Part shown: piece by piece, positions 18,891 to 28,338 of the stretch | Layout of the letters: each line of letters begins with the position of its first letter | Numbering within the stretch: the stretch's first letter is position 1 | Origin: a virus | Taxonomy: Duplodnaviria > Caudoviricetes | Strand: one strand, 5' to 3' | Length of the DNA: 64,000 nt | Virus record (IMG/VR): IMGVR_UViG_2903589935_000002 | Coordinates: 6,066-70,065 of that record | Notes under the pieces: model-generated | The model's input: the letters and a program-made list of their open reading frames with translations, nothing else | The model's database searches: none | Told to the model about the DNA's origin: nothing | Translations under genes and position numbers: made by a program

Positions 18891-21356
18891 TTATTCCCCA
18901 GCGATGGTATTTACCCGGCCTCTTGCCAAAGCTTGCCAGCGGGATACCAGGTCTGTGGCCTTATGTTTTGCTAGCGACTTACGCCACTGCGGATCCATAC
19001 CAACAACGATCAGTTCTCCGGTTACCTGGTTCGCCCGATAAACGGTATCCAGCACAGTGACCTCTTTCCCCAATGCCAGTTGATTAGCTTGATGCTCGCT
19101 CACTGTGATTTTTCGGATCTTCGCCCAGCGCTGCACCTGCTCAGCGACGTCTGCGACCAATGGCGTAATCTTTTCTTCCATCTGCCTGAGTGACTGTGCG
19201 GCGCGCAGGTAACTTTCGGCCCGCTGGCGATCCGGTTCGGTGCATTCGCCCGCCGTAAGGGCATAAGCCAGCGCCTCAAACTCTTCGGCAGGTGACTTTT
19301 TCCGCTCCGGTTTATGGTTTCGTAGGCTGTCGGCAAGCTGTTTGCGCCTGCTGGCCGATTTTTGGCCGATTTCAAGCTGTTCCGGCCCTATATCCAGCGG
19401 CGGATCATCGTGCGAATCTGGTTGCTTTTTGACCGTGGTACAGTTATTGACACGAGTCCAAGGGGGCGCGGACGCGCCCTGAAGGTCAAGGTCAACCCCA
19501 TGATCGGCGTCGGCCGGTGGCTGCGGCTTCATTCTGACAATACGGAATTTTCGAAGGCGGGTTTCAACCGGCGGAATGTCTGCGGTTGGCATCACCAACC
19601 CTTTGATCACAGAAACGTATTCGCCGTAATCATTCGGTTCGTCTTTGATTTGATACCAGGTGCGGACGCGCAGATCTTTGCGAAGAACAAACGGCCCGCC
19701 CTGCAATAAGGTGTATTCGCGCCAGTCAGCACCATCGGCGGCACGATGCAGCTCACCGAATAGCGGATTGATCTGGTCTGCCAGCTGTTGATTGCGCATG
19801 CGGCGTAACTCACGCCAGACAGATACCGGTGCACCGCCGAGAAACTGGAATTGACGGATTCCCCAGCATGACGCCCAGGCGGTAGCATGCTTGGCGGTTT
19901 CCTTTAATGGACGTCCGCTTTCGTCGTCTGTTAGCCCGTCCAGCGCATAGCCGTCGACGTTTTTGGATATGTACTTGACGATATAACCCGTTGCGCTGCC
20001 GACGCTTTCATCGATCGGCTTCATTTCAAATCGTGGCTGTTTACCGTGGCTGCCGGCAAGTTCTTCGGCGTCTTCGCGCGTCGCGTAATCCCGCATGATC
20101 TCGCGCAGCGGCTCAACGTTTTCTGCTGTGGTGAACAGCAGGCCGTGCCAGTGCGGCGTTCCATCATGATGTGATTCGGCAACGCGAAGGCCAAACGCCG
20201 GGATATCCCTTCGCTTGAGTTCCGCCCTGATTTGTTGCCATACGCGATTTAGATAGCGCTGTGTCTTGCGTGGATTTGCTCCATTCCACTTGCTGTTACG
20301 GTGGCCGCTATAGCTGAACGCGTGGTAACTGGAAGGGGCTGTTAAGGTAAAAAAGCTGCCGGTAAACCCTTCCTGGGTCGCGACCTTTTCGAAACCGCCG
20401 ATCCGGGTCATCAACTCGTTGCGGCGCTTTTCCGGGTTTGAAATGCTTTTATCGATTTGTTCTATGAGCGATATTCTTTCGCCGGTGTCCTGATCTTCCA
20501 GCTCTAGCTTGCTCATGATTGCGCGGCTTCGCTTACGGCGCTGATCCCATTCTTCAGCATGATGCTTGCTGCAATAGGGGGAAATACCCCGACGAACGTC
20601 ACCAAAGGCAATGTGTAAATGTTCGCGCCACCGGATGGCATATTTACGCAGGTTGCGCTGCCAGTAGCGCGCATCTCGCATCTTTTGGACGGCTACCACT
20701 GCCTCATCTACCCATATAGCCTTTTTGGCAGATAGGGGCGGGTTAGCCTGGAACATTGCGGTAAGTGCTGATGCCTCCCGATAGAGCCGCATAGCCAGTT
20801 CCCGATCGCCTAACGCTCCCAGCGTTTCATTTACTTCACTCAACATCGCTGTCATGTAAATCGCAATATCCTGCGCCAACAGCTGAATATCTTCGTCGCC
20901 GAAGTCAGGAAGCCGATTGAAACGCTCAATCAGCCCGCGCAGGTGTGAAAAGTTATGGTAAAGCGCGTCAAGGTGCACAAAGGGCGGGAGATCTTCGCCA
21001 TCGCCCTGAATAGCGTATGCATCGGTGACGCGGGTGATAATCGTCAGATCACGGCGAGCAATATCGCGCAGTTTCAGGCGGGCAATGTGCCGGCCTTTAG
21101 TGCTGTGAAAGTGGTTGATTCGGTCACTCAGTCGCCGACGAATAAAGCGCGGCAGTGGTGCCAGGGTGCGCTGTACCCATGCGCCAAACTCCTGCTCTTG
21201 AGCCAGCTCAACGAGATCAACAGAAGGAGTCTTGTCCACATGGATAGCCGCCTTGGGCTTATTCCATGCATGGGGGTAGTCAGAAACGTCCGCGCCGCTG
21301 CCAGGGTATGGCAACGGCGGTGATGGTTCATAGCGGCCGCGAATGGGTTTACTCAC
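18891..21356 (-). CDS. Rolling-circle replication endonuclease gpA
   Basis: TLTAPS, HHDGTPHWH (HUH), YIVKYISKN catalytic tyrosines; GTG start overlapping upstream TGA. Confidence 0.95.
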   Translation of the reverse strand: MSKPIRGRYEPSPPLPYPGSGADVSDYPHAWNKPKAAIHVDKTPSVDLVELAQEQEFGAWVQRTLAPLPRFIRRRLSDRINHFHSTKGRHIARLKLRDIARRDLTIITRVTDAYAIQGDGEDLPPFVHLDALYHNFSHLRGLIERFNRLPDFGDEDIQLLAQDIAIYMTAMLSEVNETLGALGDRELAMRLYREASALTAMFQANPPLSAKKAIWVDEAVVAVQKMRDARYWQRNLRKYAIRWREHLHIAFGDVRRGISPYCSKHHAEEWDQRRKRSRAIMSKLELEDQDTGERISLIEQIDKSISNPEKRRNELMTRIGGFEKVATQEGFTGSFFTLTAPSSYHAFSYSGHRNSKWNGANPRKTQRYLNRVWQQIRAELKRRDIPAFGLRVAESHHDGTPHWHGLLFTTAENVEPLREIMRDYATREDAEELAGSHGKQPRFEMKPIDESVGSATGYIVKYISKNVDGYALDGLTDDESGRPLKETAKHATAWASCWGIRQFQFLGGAPVSVWRELRRMRNQQLADQINPLFGELHRAADGADWREYTLLQGGPFVLRKDLRVRTWYQIKDEPNDYGEYVSVIKGLVMPTADIPPVETRLRKFRIVRMKPQPPADADHGVDLDLQGASAPPWTRVNNCTTVKKQPDSHDDPPLDIGPEQLEIGQKSASRRKQLADSLRNHKPERKKSPAEEFEALAYALTAGECTEPDRQRAESYLRAAQSLRQMEEKITPLVADVAEQVQRWAKIRKITVSEHQANQLALGKEVTVLDTVYRANQVTGELIVVGMDPQWRKSLAKHKATDLVSRWQALARGRVNTIAGE
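19440..19469 (-). other. P2-type replication origin (nick site) within gpA
   Basis: Minus strand gcgcccccttggactcgtgtcaataactgt resembles P2/186 ori ..GAGTCCTGTCAATAACTGT. Confidence 0.75.
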
Positions 21357-21751
21357 GCCCACGGCCACTCGTCTAAGTAAAACCACGGCGAGTTTTGCCA
21401 CTTACGCGACAAAATATTGACCGATACCAGTGTTAAACCGCCAGTGGCATAGTTGCGCTTAAATACACACTCAACAGACTTGTCTTCGCCGCCGGCTAGG
21501 TCGTAGCTGAATATTCGCCCTTTCTGCGGATTTCTTCTGGTATGAAGAAGTCGCAGTGTCGCGCCTGCGGAAAGCTTGAACGCTGCGCGGATCAGCTCCT
21601 GTTGGCGGGCTGCATAGGTTTTCCCGCAACGACGGCCACCCCAGGCGAAGGCACGCACTCGATTGAGATGCGCCAGCACATGAAAATCTTGAATGTGATT
21701 GTGTTGGGGATTGAGGGCCGCAATGGCAGTAGCTACAGGTGTCTTCAGCAT
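21353..21751 (-). CDS. Hypothetical protein
   Basis: Coupled ORF in early operon; start moved to MLKTP. Confidence 0.6.
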   Translation of the reverse strand: MLKTPVATAIAALNPQHNHIQDFHVLAHLNRVRAFAWGGRRCGKTYAARQQELIRAAFKLSAGATLRLLHTRRNPQKGRIFSYDLAGGEDKSVECVFKRNYATGGLTLVSVNILSRKWQNSPWFYLDEWPWA

Positions 21752-22014
21752 TTGAACGGGCCTCGCTCGATGCTCAACATCACATAACCCGGTTTCCACG
21801 GGTACAAATCGGTGACATGGGTAATCCGCACCCAAATGAATTGCCCCGAAAACCCTTCCAGTCCGTCGCAATCCTCAAGCCATCCATACTCGGACAAACA
21901 CAGCAGATCTCCGGCGGCGTAACCCCGATCGTTGATGCGAAACTCCGCTTTTTTCTCACCGCTGACCACGGCCGCGAAATGTTCCGGTAAAATCTTGAGT
22001 TGATGCCTTTTCAT
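21745..22014 (-). CDS. ASCH/PUA (DUF3850-like) protein
   Basis: HQLKILPEHF..GEKKAEFRINDRGY..GD motif. Confidence 0.85.
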   Translation of the reverse strand: MKRHQLKILPEHFAAVVSGEKKAEFRINDRGYAAGDLLCLSEYGWLEDCDGLEGFSGQFIWVRITHVTDLYPWKPGYVMLSIERGPFKC

Positions 22015-22358
22015 GCGATTTCTCCCCCAATGATTTCTCTTTGGAATTGATGTAGTTGATGGCGCTTATGCAGCTGATTAAGTCGGCGCATCGTGCGAAA
22101 GCGTGGGCGGAACTGAAACTCTCTTGGAGCGTATTGGGCATTCACCTCATACAAATGGCCGTAGCTGTACCAGCGATTGCATGTCCATACGCCGTAACTT
22201 TTACCGTGCAGGGAAAAAACGAGGAGATGTTGAGTTGCTGTAATAACTTCCCCTTCATCCATTAGGCGGGTTAGACATATGTCCCAATCATGGCTAAACG
22301 GCTCTTGGTACATAGAAAATATGGTGTTGCCGATATGTTGCAAATAATCTTTAAGCAT
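22011..22358 (-). CDS. Hypothetical protein
   Basis: Coupled ORF with GGAGG SD before MLKDY. Confidence 0.6.
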   Translation of the reverse strand: MLKDYLQHIGNTIFSMYQEPFSHDWDICLTRLMDEGEVITATQHLLVFSLHGKSYGVWTCNRWYSYGHLYEVNAQYAPREFQFRPRFRTMRRLNQLHKRHQLHQFQREIIGGEIA

Positions 22359-22779
22359 TGGCGGCCTCCAGAGCTGTGGCGCGATCCATCTTGTCGATTT
22401 CTGCAATAATCATTGCGGCACCGCGCACCAGATCATGGCGACGATTCACATCGCCGGCCGGCTTGAATGTTTCTTTCGGGAACGGCCAAAGGTTTCTTGC
22501 TCTTAGTCGGTAAGTTCCGACACGATTAAACCCTGCCCCGGACACTGCAAATGCCGCTCCCGCGAGAGCAAGCACGCCGTCGATGTAACCGTCATCGTGG
22601 GCATTGTCTCTGCCTTTATCTTGTTGGAGCTGGCGTTCTGCTATCACATCAGAGATAGCCTTTGTGGTTGCTAACGCACGGTTAGAAAGGATTTCAACGG
22701 CCATTTCTTGTACTTGCGATAACGAAAACTCGTCCGGGTTATCGAGGATGTGTTTCAACTGCTCAGTAGTTAAAGTCAT
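22351..22779 (-). CDS. Hypothetical phage protein
   Basis: DVIAERQLQ..WPF..DLVRGAAMIIAEI motif common in phage early genes. Confidence 0.7.
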   Translation of the reverse strand: MTLTTEQLKHILDNPDEFSLSQVQEMAVEILSNRALATTKAISDVIAERQLQQDKGRDNAHDDGYIDGVLALAGAAFAVSGAGFNRVGTYRLRARNLWPFPKETFKPAGDVNRRHDLVRGAAMIIAEIDKMDRATALEAANA

Positions 22780-23597
22780 GCTGTCGCCCTCATTGTTGCG
22801 ATGATCTCGCCAGCTGTTGCACGGCTGGCAGCTTTGGCGCTGACAGAACGGCGTGCTGTGGCGGTGGTGATGGTGAAATCGGAGTACAGCGCCCGCGCGG
22901 CGTCGGTTTCGCTGTTCGAGGCTACAACGTGGCGGCCGCGTTTTGCCGCAATGCGCAGCATGCGCGCCAGCTTTCTCTGCTGTTCACTGGTAAAGCCGTC
23001 TGTGTGGTAGCTGGTGAAATTGGCAGTGGCGCTGGCCGGGATGTAGGGCGGATCGCAATAAATCACGTCGCCGGTCTGTGCCATCCTGATCGCTTCCTGG
23101 AATGCGCAGCACAGGAAAATCGCCTTTGTTGCCTGCGCCTTCTCAGAGAAAGCCCGGATCTCGTCTTCGGGGAAATAGGGCGCTTTTCGATGACCGAACG
23201 GCACATTAAACTCGCCGCGCAGGTTGTAGCGGCAAACGCCATTGAAGCCGTGGCGGTTCAGGTAAAGAAACTGCGCAGCGCGGTACAGGAAATTACTGTC
23301 GCAGCGCAGATTGAAATCGGCGCGTACAGCGTAATATCCGGCCTCGCTGGCGTGTTCCCTGAACAAGTTGCGCGCTTCGCGGATCAGGACGTCCGGCAGG
23401 TTTTTGGCGACGTTGTGGAAGTTGATTAGATCGCTGTTGATATCGCACAGCAGATAGCTTTCATAGTCGGTGTTGAGAAACACCGTGCCGCTGCCGACGA
23501 ACGGCTCAACCAGCCGCTTTCCGGCTGGTAGGTGCTGGCGTAAGGTGTCGATAATGCTGGCTTTGCTGCCGAGCCATTTAAGGGCGGATCTGTTCAT
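22776..23597 (-). CDS. dam: Dam-family DNA adenine methyltransferase
   Basis: LKWLGSK, EPFVGSG, YLNRHGFNGVCRYN, YCDPPY. Confidence 0.92.
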   Translation of the reverse strand: MNRSALKWLGSKASIIDTLRQHLPAGKRLVEPFVGSGTVFLNTDYESYLLCDINSDLINFHNVAKNLPDVLIREARNLFREHASEAGYYAVRADFNLRCDSNFLYRAAQFLYLNRHGFNGVCRYNLRGEFNVPFGHRKAPYFPEDEIRAFSEKAQATKAIFLCCAFQEAIRMAQTGDVIYCDPPYIPASATANFTSYHTDGFTSEQQRKLARMLRIAAKRGRHVVASNSETDAARALYSDFTITTATARRSVSAKAASRATAGEIIATMRATA

Positions 23598-24438
23598 ACA
23601 GCGCCCCTTCTGCGGAAATGTCGGCAACGGAGAAACCGATCAGTTCATTACCATCATATTCAGCGGCAATAACTTCAGGGAAAATCAGTGCATTAATGAT
23701 GCCGATTAGGCCCACGACATAAGCGCCATCGGCGCGTTTTCCTACTGTAGCTGTAGTTAGCCCGGCGAAGTATTCCGAGCATTCAACGCGATGATCGACC
23801 AGCTCGGTGATTGCGTCGGTATCAGCTGTGAATAGTTGTCGGAGAGTATCGACGGCTGATTGAGCGCTTAGCGTAACGGGGGCTTTGCCTTCGGCCGCCA
23901 TTGCCTTAATCACGCCGAGAGTGGTCAGGCAGTCTGAAAGAGCGCGATGCGGCGTTCCTTCAATAATGACGCCTTGCTGTTCAGCGGCGGCGGTTAACTT
24001 CTGCCATTTGTACCCGCCGCGCTCGCTTTTCTGGCCGTAAAACTCGGCATACTCATGCATGGCACATACGATCTGTGGCGTTACGCTAATTTTCGGCGTT
24101 ACTTTCCAGATGCGATCTGTTTGCTCAAGCAGACGGATATCATATTCAGCATTGTAAATCGCAATAGTTTTTCCACTGATTAAGCTGCACAGCTGAGGGT
24201 TGACCTCCGGCCATGTTGGGGCATCTTTTACCATTTCATCAGTGATTCCGTGGATTGCGGTAGCCTCTGCTGGGATAGGTTTTGATGGTCTAACCAGCGT
24301 GTTCAACAGTACCTTTCCATGTGCGTCAATGACGGCTATCTCGATGATCTCGGCTTTATCGTCAAGGCCTGTAGTTTCCGTATCCAAAACCAGACAATTT
24401 CTGTTCAAACATTGCTGCGCTTGCTGTTGTGGTGTCAT
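23578..24438 (-). CDS. DEDDh 3'-5' exonuclease with extra C-terminal domain
   Basis: LDTETTG, YNAEYD, HRALSD motifs. Confidence 0.9.
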   Translation of the reverse strand: MTPQQQAQQCLNRNCLVLDTETTGLDDKAEIIEIAVIDAHGKVLLNTLVRPSKPIPAEATAIHGITDEMVKDAPTWPEVNPQLCSLISGKTIAIYNAEYDIRLLEQTDRIWKVTPKISVTPQIVCAMHEYAEFYGQKSERGGYKWQKLTAAAEQQGVIIEGTPHRALSDCLTTLGVIKAMAAEGKAPVTLSAQSAVDTLRQLFTADTDAITELVDHRVECSEYFAGLTTATVGKRADGAYVVGLIGIINALIFPEVIAAEYDGNELIGFSVADISAEGALYEQIRP

Positions 24439-24441
24439 GTC

Positions 24442-24660
24442 TTACCCCTTGAAATGACGTGATTTTGCTTCTCTGGTAGCCTGGCAGTGCACGCAGGTGC
24501 TGACGCCATGAATCAGGCGGCGACGCTGCTCAGGGATGGGTGCTCCGCATTCTTCGCAGTGAAATGCAGAAGGCCCGCAAGGTTGCGGGCGGGCGTTTTT
24601 GATTTGGGCGTCAAGGATTAGCTGATGCCGTTCCTGTGCCATGTCGATTTGATCGGCCAT
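24442..24660 (-). CDS. TraR/DksA C4 zinc-finger protein (P2 Orf82-like)
   Basis: MADQID..CEECG..IPEQRR..CVHCQ. Confidence 0.9.
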   Translation of the reverse strand: MADQIDMAQERHQLILDAQIKNARPQPCGPSAFHCEECGAPIPEQRRRLIHGVSTCVHCQATREAKSRHFKG

Positions 24661-24669
24661 TGGGCGTCC

Positions 24670-24810
24670 TTAGTCGTAATTGCGCAATTCAGGCGGCATG
24701 CACTGTTGATTAAACTCCCGGCAGCATCTGCACTGGCGGTATGCGAACCAACCCACGACCGCAAAGGCGAGGACAAACCAGACGGCGATTACAGCAATGA
24801 AGGTGTTCAT
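24670..24810 (-). CDS. Small membrane protein, 46 aa (not in ORF track)
   Basis: MNTFIAVIAVWFVLAFAVVGWFAYRQCRCCREF..; ATGA overlap with upstream gene. Confidence 0.6.
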   Translation of the reverse strand: MNTFIAVIAVWFVLAFAVVGWFAYRQCRCCREFNQQCMPPELRNYD

Positions 24811-25004
24811 TTCGCAGCACCTTCTTGTTGAGTGCCGACCTTTTGGCGGGCGGAAATCCAGCTTTTCAGCATGGAAAGGATTTGATCGCGGGTGGCGTTG
24901 TCGGCCTCAAGGCGTTCAATCCTCGTGCTCAACAACTCCAGAAGTTGCAGCCGTGAAACGCAGCGGGCATCCGCAAGCAACTTCATTAATTCGGCTTCGT
25001 TCAT
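24807..25004 (-). CDS. Hypothetical protein
   Basis: 65 aa ORF with AGGGGG SD. Confidence 0.6.
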   Translation of the reverse strand: MNEAELMKLLADARCVSRLQLLELLSTRIERLEADNATRDQILSMLKSWISARQKVGTQQEGAAK

Positions 25005-25290
25005 AAAAACCCCCTGAATTCAGGATGTAGGAAACCCGCCACCAAAAAGGCGGCATTTTTTATTTCGGGTGGTGGATATATTTCAGTAAGCGCTGAATGT
25101 GCCCACTGAAATATATGCCGGGTTTTAGCCATGCCCGGCGCATGAGAAGGTAATCGCCCGATCTAAGCAGCCCATTCTTTTGTAAGGACGCAACCGGATT
25201 TCATTACCTATCTGGGAGCACACCCCGGACGCCAATCCCCCACACGTTGATGGGAGGGTGCGCTCTCAGATAGGGCCGGGCTTTCCCGGC

Positions 25291-25563
25291 TCAGGTTGAC
25301 TGTTCAACCGCTCGCGGGTGAGGAATATCGCCGTTGTTGCAGCGCATGATCAGACTGTCGATAACGGCGGCGTCCGGGGCGTGGCCGGCGGCTTCTGCTG
25401 TACTCAGCAGGCCAGTTAGGCCGATGCACAGGCGGAATGCGTAATCGTTCAGTGAAACAGCGCGTACAGCTGGCGCGATCGCCGTGGCGGCGTTGATGTT
25501 GTTGGCTTTGGCGTGGTACTGCGCCAGAAGGTCGCCCACTAATGTGATATATGCTTGTTTCAT
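25291..25563 (-). CDS. Hypothetical protein
   Basis: Coupled early ORF. Confidence 0.6.
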   Translation of the reverse strand: MKQAYITLVGDLLAQYHAKANNINAATAIAPAVRAVSLNDYAFRLCIGLTGLLSTAEAAGHAPDAAVIDSLIMRCNNGDIPHPRAVEQST

Positions 25564-25772
25564 GCTGCCGCCTGGTGCTGGGAGTAAAGTTGGTCGATAT
25601 AGCCGGTCGCCTGTGCTTGCGCATCGAATAAGCCATAAGACTGATCGCCTTGGCTTACTTCATATCTGGCTATTGGGTTAACGATAGTGCGCGGACGATA
25701 AGTGATAACAAAGCCGCGATAGCGTGAAGAGTTGCGGCTTATTTTGGTTATAGCGTGTTCAATTGGTTGCAT
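25560..25772 (-). CDS. Hypothetical early protein (DUF4761-like)
   Basis: YRGFVITYRPR..SYGLFDAQAQATGYID. Confidence 0.6.
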   Translation of the reverse strand: MQPIEHAITKISRNSSRYRGFVITYRPRTIVNPIARYEVSQGDQSYGLFDAQAQATGYIDQLYSQHQAAA

Positions 25773-25781
25773 GTTTCTGCC

Positions 25782-25985
25782 TCAACTGTTGGCTATTGCG
25801 TCTTTCAGCATGGCGACAAGGTTTACCTCGATCTTGTCCTTTGGGTTCGCTTTCGGACGAATGATTATCCGGCCATCCCTAACCATTCGCCGGCAGGTGC
25901 CGATCGGGATTTTCGTCATTTCGGCGTATGCTTCCAGAGCGACATAACCTGTAGGAACGGTGATGTTTATCGTGGTATTCGCCAT
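25782..25985 (-). CDS. Cox/Apl-like excisionase-regulator
   Basis: PTGYVALEAYAEMTKIPIGTCRRMV..IEVNLVAM wHTH; position opposite the repressor. Confidence 0.8.
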   Translation of the reverse strand: MANTTINITVPTGYVALEAYAEMTKIPIGTCRRMVRDGRIIIRPKANPKDKIEVNLVAMLKDAIANS

Positions 25986-25996
25986 GATTTACCCCG

Positions 25997-26188
25997 TTAT
26001 TCCGCCTGGATGGATTCAATGCCGCGCAGATATACCAGGCGCGCCATGCTTGAAATAGAACGACTTTCTTTTGCTGCGATTGCTTCCAGCTCTGCACGCT
26101 CGGCATCTGATAAGCGCATAGGGATCGGGTTTTTTGCAGCAATTCCGCCAGGCAAACGTGAGCGCGGCGCATGATTGGCTTGTTTCAT
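25997..26188 (-). CDS. Small ribbon-helix-helix-like regulator
   Basis: PIPMRLSDAERAELEAIAAKESRSISSMAR. Confidence 0.65.
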   Translation of the reverse strand: MKQANHAPRSRLPGGIAAKNPIPMRLSDAERAELEAIAAKESRSISSMARLVYLRGIESIQAE

Positions 26189-26231
26189 AGTGTTATATTG
26201 TGATCCACTAGTTATCTATGAATCACATTAT

Positions 26232-26278
26232 TTGCAGAAATCTGCAAATAGTCAACAAGGAATTGCAGAAAAATGCAA
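26232..26278. promoter_or_regulatory. Two TTGCA-N6-TGCAA operators in the divergent switch region
   Basis: ttgcagaaatctgcaa 26232-26247 and ttgcagaaaaatgcaa 26263-26278, flanking a minus-strand TTGACT. Confidence 0.7.
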
Positions 26279-26611
26279 ACAGGTGACCGTTTACGCCAGG
26301 AGCGCGAACGCTTGGGGCATACACAAACAGCTATGGCGAAGATATGCGGGGTCGCATTTCGTACCTATTGCGACTACGAAGCCGGAAAAACTGAACCTAA
26401 AGCATCACTTTTTGAAGCCATCCATGCAGCCGGGGCTGATGTGATGTATATTCTTACAGGTCAAAAAATCCCTCCCCAGCAAATATCAACAGAAGAACAA
26501 AAGTTAGTAGAGAACTATCGCGCAATGGATGATGCGGCACGGTTAAATATGCAGGCGGTTAGCGATTCGTTCGCGCATTCAAAACCAAATAAAAAGGTAG
26601 AGGGACAATGA
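26273..26611 (+). CDS. Immunity repressor, XRE HTH
   Basis: RLRQERERLGHTQTAMAKICGV..YEAG..DVMYILTG. Confidence 0.88.
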   Translation: MQTGDRLRQERERLGHTQTAMAKICGVAFRTYCDYEAGKTEPKASLFEAIHAAGADVMYILTGQKIPPQQISTEEQKLVENYRAMDDAARLNMQAVSDSFAHSKPNKKVEGQ

Positions 26612-27030
26612 AATTATTTAACGCTCGGATAGCATATTTTTTAAAGTATGGTTTTTTTGTTTTCGCCGCAATTATGGCTATTGGTTCAAATTCCGCACTT
26701 GCTAACAGCTGGTATCAAGGTGGAACGCTACATGAGGCTAACGCTCTCACGTGGCAAAAGGCATCACAGCAAAATAAACTTGCAACCTGTGCTGACTTTA
26801 TTGCAGGGCTATACAGCAAAAATTTATTATCAGATGACATAAGCCGAAAAATTAAATCGGTTGATGACTTCAAGCCTTATGCGGCTGAGTTAGTAAAACA
26901 ATTAGATTCCGCTTTTAAGCCAGAACCGAAGAAAGCGGAAAATGAAAAGATGTTCGCTAACCAAACCGTTAAATCGACAGCGATGATGCTCATGATCATG
27001 ATGAAATGGGTAAATACTAATGGCAGTTAG
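26608..27030 (+). CDS. Exported hypothetical protein in the lysogenic operon
   Basis: Signal-peptide-like N-terminus ending ALA, AT-rich, between repressor and int. Confidence 0.65.
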   Translation: MKLFNARIAYFLKYGFFVFAAIMAIGSNSALANSWYQGGTLHEANALTWQKASQQNKLATCADFIAGLYSKNLLSDDISRKIKSVDDFKPYAAELVKQLDSAFKPEPKKAENEKMFANQTVKSTAMMLMIMMKWVNTNGS

Positions 27031-28066
27031 CAAACTTCCATCAGGCAAATGGTTATGCCAGTGTTTCCCTTACGGACGTGATGGAAAGCGCATTAGAAAG
27101 CAGTTCGCCACCAAAGGGGAGGCGCTTTCTTATGAGCGCCGCCTTTTGGCAAATAAGAAAGCTGTTGAAGTTGGGGATGGTGCGGTCAAATTGGCCGATC
27201 TGATCCAGCGCTGGTATGACATGCACGGAAAAACGTTGACGTCCGGAGAGTCTCGGCTTTCGAAGCTTCAAGCTATCTGCGAACGCCTTGGCGATCCGTT
27301 GGCGCATGAAGTCGATAAGAATATGTTTGCTGTATACCGTGAACGCCGGCTAGCTGGTGAGTGGCTGGCAAAGGGGCGCAAAGCCATTAAAGAGGCAACG
27401 GTAAACCGAGAGCAATCATACCTGCACGCGGTGTTTTCCGAGTTGAAGCGATTGGGTGAATGGGAAGGCAATAACCCCCTAGATGGCATTCGCCAATTTA
27501 AGGAGGGTGATCAGGAATTATCTTTCCTTTACCCCGATGAAATTAAGCGCCTGCTGGCAGCCTGTGACGAGTCGGATAATAAAAGCCTGGGTATCATTGT
27601 CCGTCTCTGTTTAGCAACCGGTGCGCGCTGGGGTGAGGCTGAATCAATGCGGCAATCTCAGGTTCTACCTGGCCGCGTGTCTTTCATTAACACGAAAAGT
27701 AATAAAAACAGAACAGTTCCAATATCAAAACGGTTGCAGGATTTGCTGCCGAAAACGCGTGGTGCACTTTTCAGCACATCATATGATGCGTTTAAGCACG
27801 CGCTTAAGCGGGCGGGTATCGAGCTACCAACGGGTCAGCGTACTCACGTCCTGCGGCACACGTTTGCAAGCCATTTCATGATGGGTGGCGGCAATATTTT
27901 GGTGCTTCAACAGATACTCGGTCACAGCACGATTATGATGACAATGCGATATGCACACTTCGCCCCCGATCATCTTGAGGCAGCTTTGACGCTGAATCCA
28001 TTTGATAAGATTTCTGGCGAAAATGGGCCTGAATTAATGGCAGCAGAAGCGCACAACGCGTCATAA
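27020..28066 (+). CDS. int: Tyrosine integrase (186/HP1-like)
   Basis: TGARWGE, HVLRHTFASH, LGH..RYAH catalytic motifs. Confidence 0.96.
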   Translation: MAVSKLPSGKWLCQCFPYGRDGKRIRKQFATKGEALSYERRLLANKKAVEVGDGAVKLADLIQRWYDMHGKTLTSGESRLSKLQAICERLGDPLAHEVDKNMFAVYRERRLAGEWLAKGRKAIKEATVNREQSYLHAVFSELKRLGEWEGNNPLDGIRQFKEGDQELSFLYPDEIKRLLAACDESDNKSLGIIVRLCLATGARWGEAESMRQSQVLPGRVSFINTKSNKNRTVPISKRLQDLLPKTRGALFSTSYDAFKHALKRAGIELPTGQRTHVLRHTFASHFMMGGGNILVLQQILGHSTIMMTMRYAHFAPDHLEAALTLNPFDKISGENGPELMAAEAHNAS

Positions 28067-28137
28067 TGCTCAACGATGCGCATTTTTAACCTACTGATTA
28101 AGCTTAACTTATTGAAATGAAAAGCATATGCTAGCTT

Positions 28138-28191
28138 TTTAAAATCCCTCGGCTTATGGCTGTGCGGGTTCAAGTCCCGCCCCGGGTACCA
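28138..28191 (+). tRNA. 3' half of tRNA-Leu(TAA), leuZ-like; att duplication, not a full gene
   Basis: tttaaaatccctcggc..gcgggttcaagtcccgccccgggtacca; 5' half absent upstream. Confidence 0.85.
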
Positions 28192-28237
28192 GGGAACGAA
28201 AATACCGAATAATCAAAGCAATAAGTAGTAATGTCGT

Positions 28238-28261
28238 AGACCGCCGAGAGGCGGTTTTTTT
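28238..28261 (+). terminator. Intrinsic terminator downstream of tRNA fragment
   Basis: accgcc-gaga-ggcggt followed by T run. Confidence 0.75.
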
Positions 28262-28277
28262 GTGCTCTAAATCACCT

Positions 28278-28325
28278 TTCAGAACATCTTCAGAAGATGC
28301 TTTCAGAAGATAAAATCTGAAAGCA
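28278..28325. repeat. Probable integrase arm-type sites
   Basis: TTCAGAA at 28278, 28289 and 28302 plus an inverted TCTGAA near 28316, between att and int. Confidence 0.55.
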
Positions 28326-28338
28326 GCATAAATATTCA

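Larger units (their letters stand above)
1..28191. mobile_element. P2-like (Peduoviridae) prophage, left end outside window
   Basis: Canonical gene order FI..I-J-W-V-S-R-lysis-X-L-M-N-O / P-Q, gpA, repressor, integrase; ends at tRNA-derived att. Confidence 0.95.

Noticed and set aside
28100-28191. Intact tRNA-Leu gene
   Set aside because: Acceptor 5' strand and D-arm are missing; only the anticodon loop to CCA is present
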